A stretch of DNA of 47,832 nt from Thermoleophilaceae bacterium (GTDB taxonomy: Bacteria > Actinomycetota > Thermoleophilia > Solirubrobacterales > Thermoleophilaceae). The stretch spans positions 1-47,832 of the forward strand of contig DATABV010000015.1 of the NCBI GenBank assembly GCA_036259395.1, written 5' to 3'. Positions 46,424 to 47,832 of this stretch are shown piece after piece (position 1 is the stretch's first letter; each line of letters opens with the position of its first letter). The notes beneath the pieces were generated by a model. The model made no database searches and was not told the DNA's origin. It was given only the letters and a program-made list of their open reading frames with translations. The position numbers and the translations under genes are program-made.

Positions 46424-47044
46424 TTGACTAGCTCCCCGAATCCTCGCGTTATGACAAGAGCCCTCCGACAGTCGATGCTGCCCACTGCCCTGGCGCTGAT
46501 TGCGCTGCTCGTGCCAGCCCAGGCGGCGAGCGCCAGCGTCCTCGACGTGCAGCGCGACTGCGCCGACAGCGACAGCTTCGAGCGCAAGCACTCGCGCGCC
46601 GACCTCAAGAAGACGCTCAACCAGGTTCAGGCGGACCTTGCCGAGTACGGCACCTGCCGCGAGATGATCCTCGCGGCGCTCGCGAGCATGAAGGGCGGCA
46701 AGGGCGCCTCGTCGGGCAAGTTCGCCGGTGTCGACCCGGACCTCAACAACGACGGCGTCATCACGCCGAAGGAGCGGCGGATCGCCGCCAAGAAGGCGAA
46801 GGAGCTTCGCGAGAAGCGCGACCGCCAGATCGCGGCCGTCGACGACGATCTGATTCACGACGGCGACAGCGGCGGCGTGGCGTCCGGCGGGGGCGGCTCC
46901 GACGGCCCGCCGCTGCCGCTGATCCTCGCGCTCGTCGCACTGGCGTGCGCGGGCGCCGGCGGCGGCCTCTGGTATGCCTCACAGCGCAACCCGGCCATCG
47001 CCAACGCGCTCCGTCGTGTCCAGCTTCCGTTCCGCAACAGCTAG
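46424..47044 (+). CDS. Secreted, C-terminally membrane-anchored protein with an EF-hand-like loop (function unknown)
   Basis: TTG 46424 has an AGGAGG (46409-46414) 9 nt upstream; ATG 46451 is an alternative start. The signal peptide is LPTALALIALLVPAQAASA. A basic helical region follows, then a Gly-rich linker and a C-terminal TM helix PLPLILALVALACAGAGGGLWY. Confidence 0.55.
   Translation: MTSSPNPRVMTRALRQSMLPTALALIALLVPAQAASASVLDVQRDCADSDSFERKHSRADLKKTLNQVQADLAEYGTCREMILAALASMKGGKGASSGKFAGVDPDLNNDGVITPKERRIAAKKAKELREKRDRQIAAVDDDLIHDGDSGGVASGGGGSDGPPLPLILALVALACAGAGGGLWYASQRNPAIANALRRVQLPFRNS
46739..46774 (+). other. EF-hand-type 12-residue Ca2+-binding loop DLNNDGVITPKE
   Basis: Position 1 is D, 3 is N, 5 is D, 6 is G, 8 is I, 9 is T and 12 is E, fitting the canonical loop. 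The residue after E is Arg rather than hydrophobic, so the strict PROSITE-style pattern fails at its last position. Confidence 0.5.
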
Positions 47045-47696
47045 CGCAGCCCTCGCGGCGGCCCTGCTGGGGGTAGCGCTGGGCGCGCGCGGTGGCAGCG
47101 CCCTCGAGCGCACCGCGATCGTCGAGCTGCTGCTGATCGCCGCCGGAGCGCTTGCCGTCTGTGCCGCGATCGCGATCACGCCGCGCGGTCGAATCCACGG
47201 CGCCGCCGCGGTCGCCGCCTTCGCGCTGCTCGCAGCGATCACCGCGCTCTCGATCGAGTGGTCGATTGCACCGGAGCTGTCTTACGTCGAGGCCGGCCGG
47301 ACGCTCGCCTACTTCGCGACCTTCACCGGCGCAGTCGCGCTCGCTCGGATCGCCCCGGACGGGACCGTGGCGGTCGCGCGCGCGATAGTGCTCGCCGCGG
47401 TCGCGATCTGCGGCTACGGGCTGGCGACGCGTGTTTGGCCGGCGTCGTTCGACGAGCTCGCCTTCGCGGGGCGAATCGGACAGCCGTTCGACTACTGGAA
47501 CGCACTTGCCGGGATGGCGGCCCTCGGGATCGTGCCGGCGCTCTGGCTCGGCGCGCGCCGGGACGGCAGCGCGCTTGGGCGAGCGCTCGCCTTTCCAGCC
47601 ACCGGCGTCCTAGTCGCGACGCTGCTGATCGCCCAGTCGCGCGGCGCGCTCGCCGGGGCCGCGGTCGGCTGCGCAGTCTGGTTAGCCATCGTGCCG
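47016..47696 (+). CDS. O-antigen-ligase-like (Wzy_C-type) polytopic membrane protein, partial and disrupted by the terminal inverted repeat
   Basis: This frame is not in the ORF track because it has no stop before the window end. Translation reads ...ALLGVALGARGGSALERTAIVELLLIAAGALAVCAAIAI...YFATFTGAVALARI...WNALAGMAALGIVPALWL...GVLVATLLIAQSRGALAGAAVGCAVWLAIVP. The xxQSRGAxxG-after-helix pattern is typical of Wzy_C proteins. The start is uncertain (GTG 47016 or ATG 46974). Beyond 47696 the translation turns Arg-rich. Confidence 0.4.
47595..47696. repeat. Left arm of a 102-nt inverted repeat
   Basis: I compared it base by base with the reverse complement of 47731-47832. They are identical except for one position (47684 a, where the partner 47743 c would require g). 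Confidence 0.9.
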
Positions 47697-47730
47697 CCGC
47701 TCCGAGGACGACCAGGCTGCGCAAACGCAG

Positions 47731-47832
47731 CGGCACGATGGCCAACCAGACTGCGCAGCCGACCGCGGCCCCGGCGAGCGCGCCGCGCGACTGGGCGATC
47801 AGCAGCGTCGCGACTAGGACGCCGGTGGCTGG
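47731..47832. repeat. Right arm of a 102-nt inverted repeat, cut by the window edge
   Basis: It is the reverse complement of 47595-47696 with 1 mismatch and a 34-nt asymmetric spacer (47697-47730). The repeat reaches the last base of the window, so its true length is unknown. Confidence 0.9.

Noticed and set aside
46974-47015. ATG 46974 as the start of the ligase-like gene
   Set aside because: It would add a hydrophilic PHSATRPSPTRS segment and a 71-nt overlap with the upstream gene. GTG 47016 gives a shorter overlap, so I preferred it. Neither start is verifiable here.
47323-47745. A 140-aa minus-strand ORF, plus a 65-aa ORF at 47492-47689
   Set aside because: Both are products of the terminal inverted repeat or antisense frames of the ligase-like gene. 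The 140-aa ORF begins with the mirrored AIVP segment and then reads antisense Arg-rich sequence.

Overview
This is a 47.8-kb, very GC-rich window with strong third-position GC bias, frequent GTG/TTG starts, and long Arg/Pro/Ala-rich shadow ORFs on non-coding frames. That style fits an Actinomycetota-like genome, but the lineage is inferred only. Almost all of it is coding, about 43 genes. I saw no rRNA, tRNA, CRISPR array, transposase or integrase.

After a truncated DUF6328-like membrane protein gene and a secreted clan GH-A-like hydrolase, the window from about nt 1633 to the end is one very large glycan-biosynthesis island.
- **Glycosyltransferases:** 17 genes with GT-A or GT-B motifs, two of them two-domain enzymes.
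- **Tailoring enzymes:** 5 SAM-dependent methyltransferases, 2 DegT-family aminotransferases and 3 hexapeptide acyltransferases. One acyltransferase is fused to an FdtA/WxcM-type 3,4-ketoisomerase domain.
- **Sugar activation:** a GDP-mannose-derived deoxyhexose module (gmd, fcl and an rmd-like reductase).
- **Export and membrane steps:** a Wzt-Wzm ABC exporter in which Wzt carries a C-terminal glycan-binding-type extension, two MOP (Wzx-like) flippases, a GtrA-like protein and two membrane-anchored GT2 enzymes that look like polyprenyl-phosphate-sugar synthases. There are also three large polytopic membrane proteins that are GT-C candidates, a WecG/TagA-family transferase and a Wzy_C (O-antigen-ligase-like) gene at the 3' edge.

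The observations most worth a second look:
1. A wxc-like sub-operon appears to make a 3-acetamido-3,6-dideoxyhexose and attach it outside the membrane through GtrA, a GtrB-like GT2 and a GT-C-like protein. Its genes are chained by 4-nt start/stop overlaps.
2. The wzt-wzm pair is flanked by two methyltransferases with long helical extensions. This resembles WbdD-type terminal capping and chain-length control.
3. TANNNT boxes recur 6-10 nt upstream of operon-leading start codons. Divergent start codons sit only 18-24 nt apart, which suggests leaderless transcription.
4. A frameshift or overlap splits one GT-C-like gene, and a single in-frame TGA splits another large membrane protein gene.
5. A secreted, C-terminally anchored protein carries an EF-hand-type loop.
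6. A 102-nt near-perfect inverted repeat runs into the 3' window edge and cuts the ligase-like gene. It is either an assembly fold-back or a real inverted duplication.

All functional calls come from motif recognition by eye. No searches were run.
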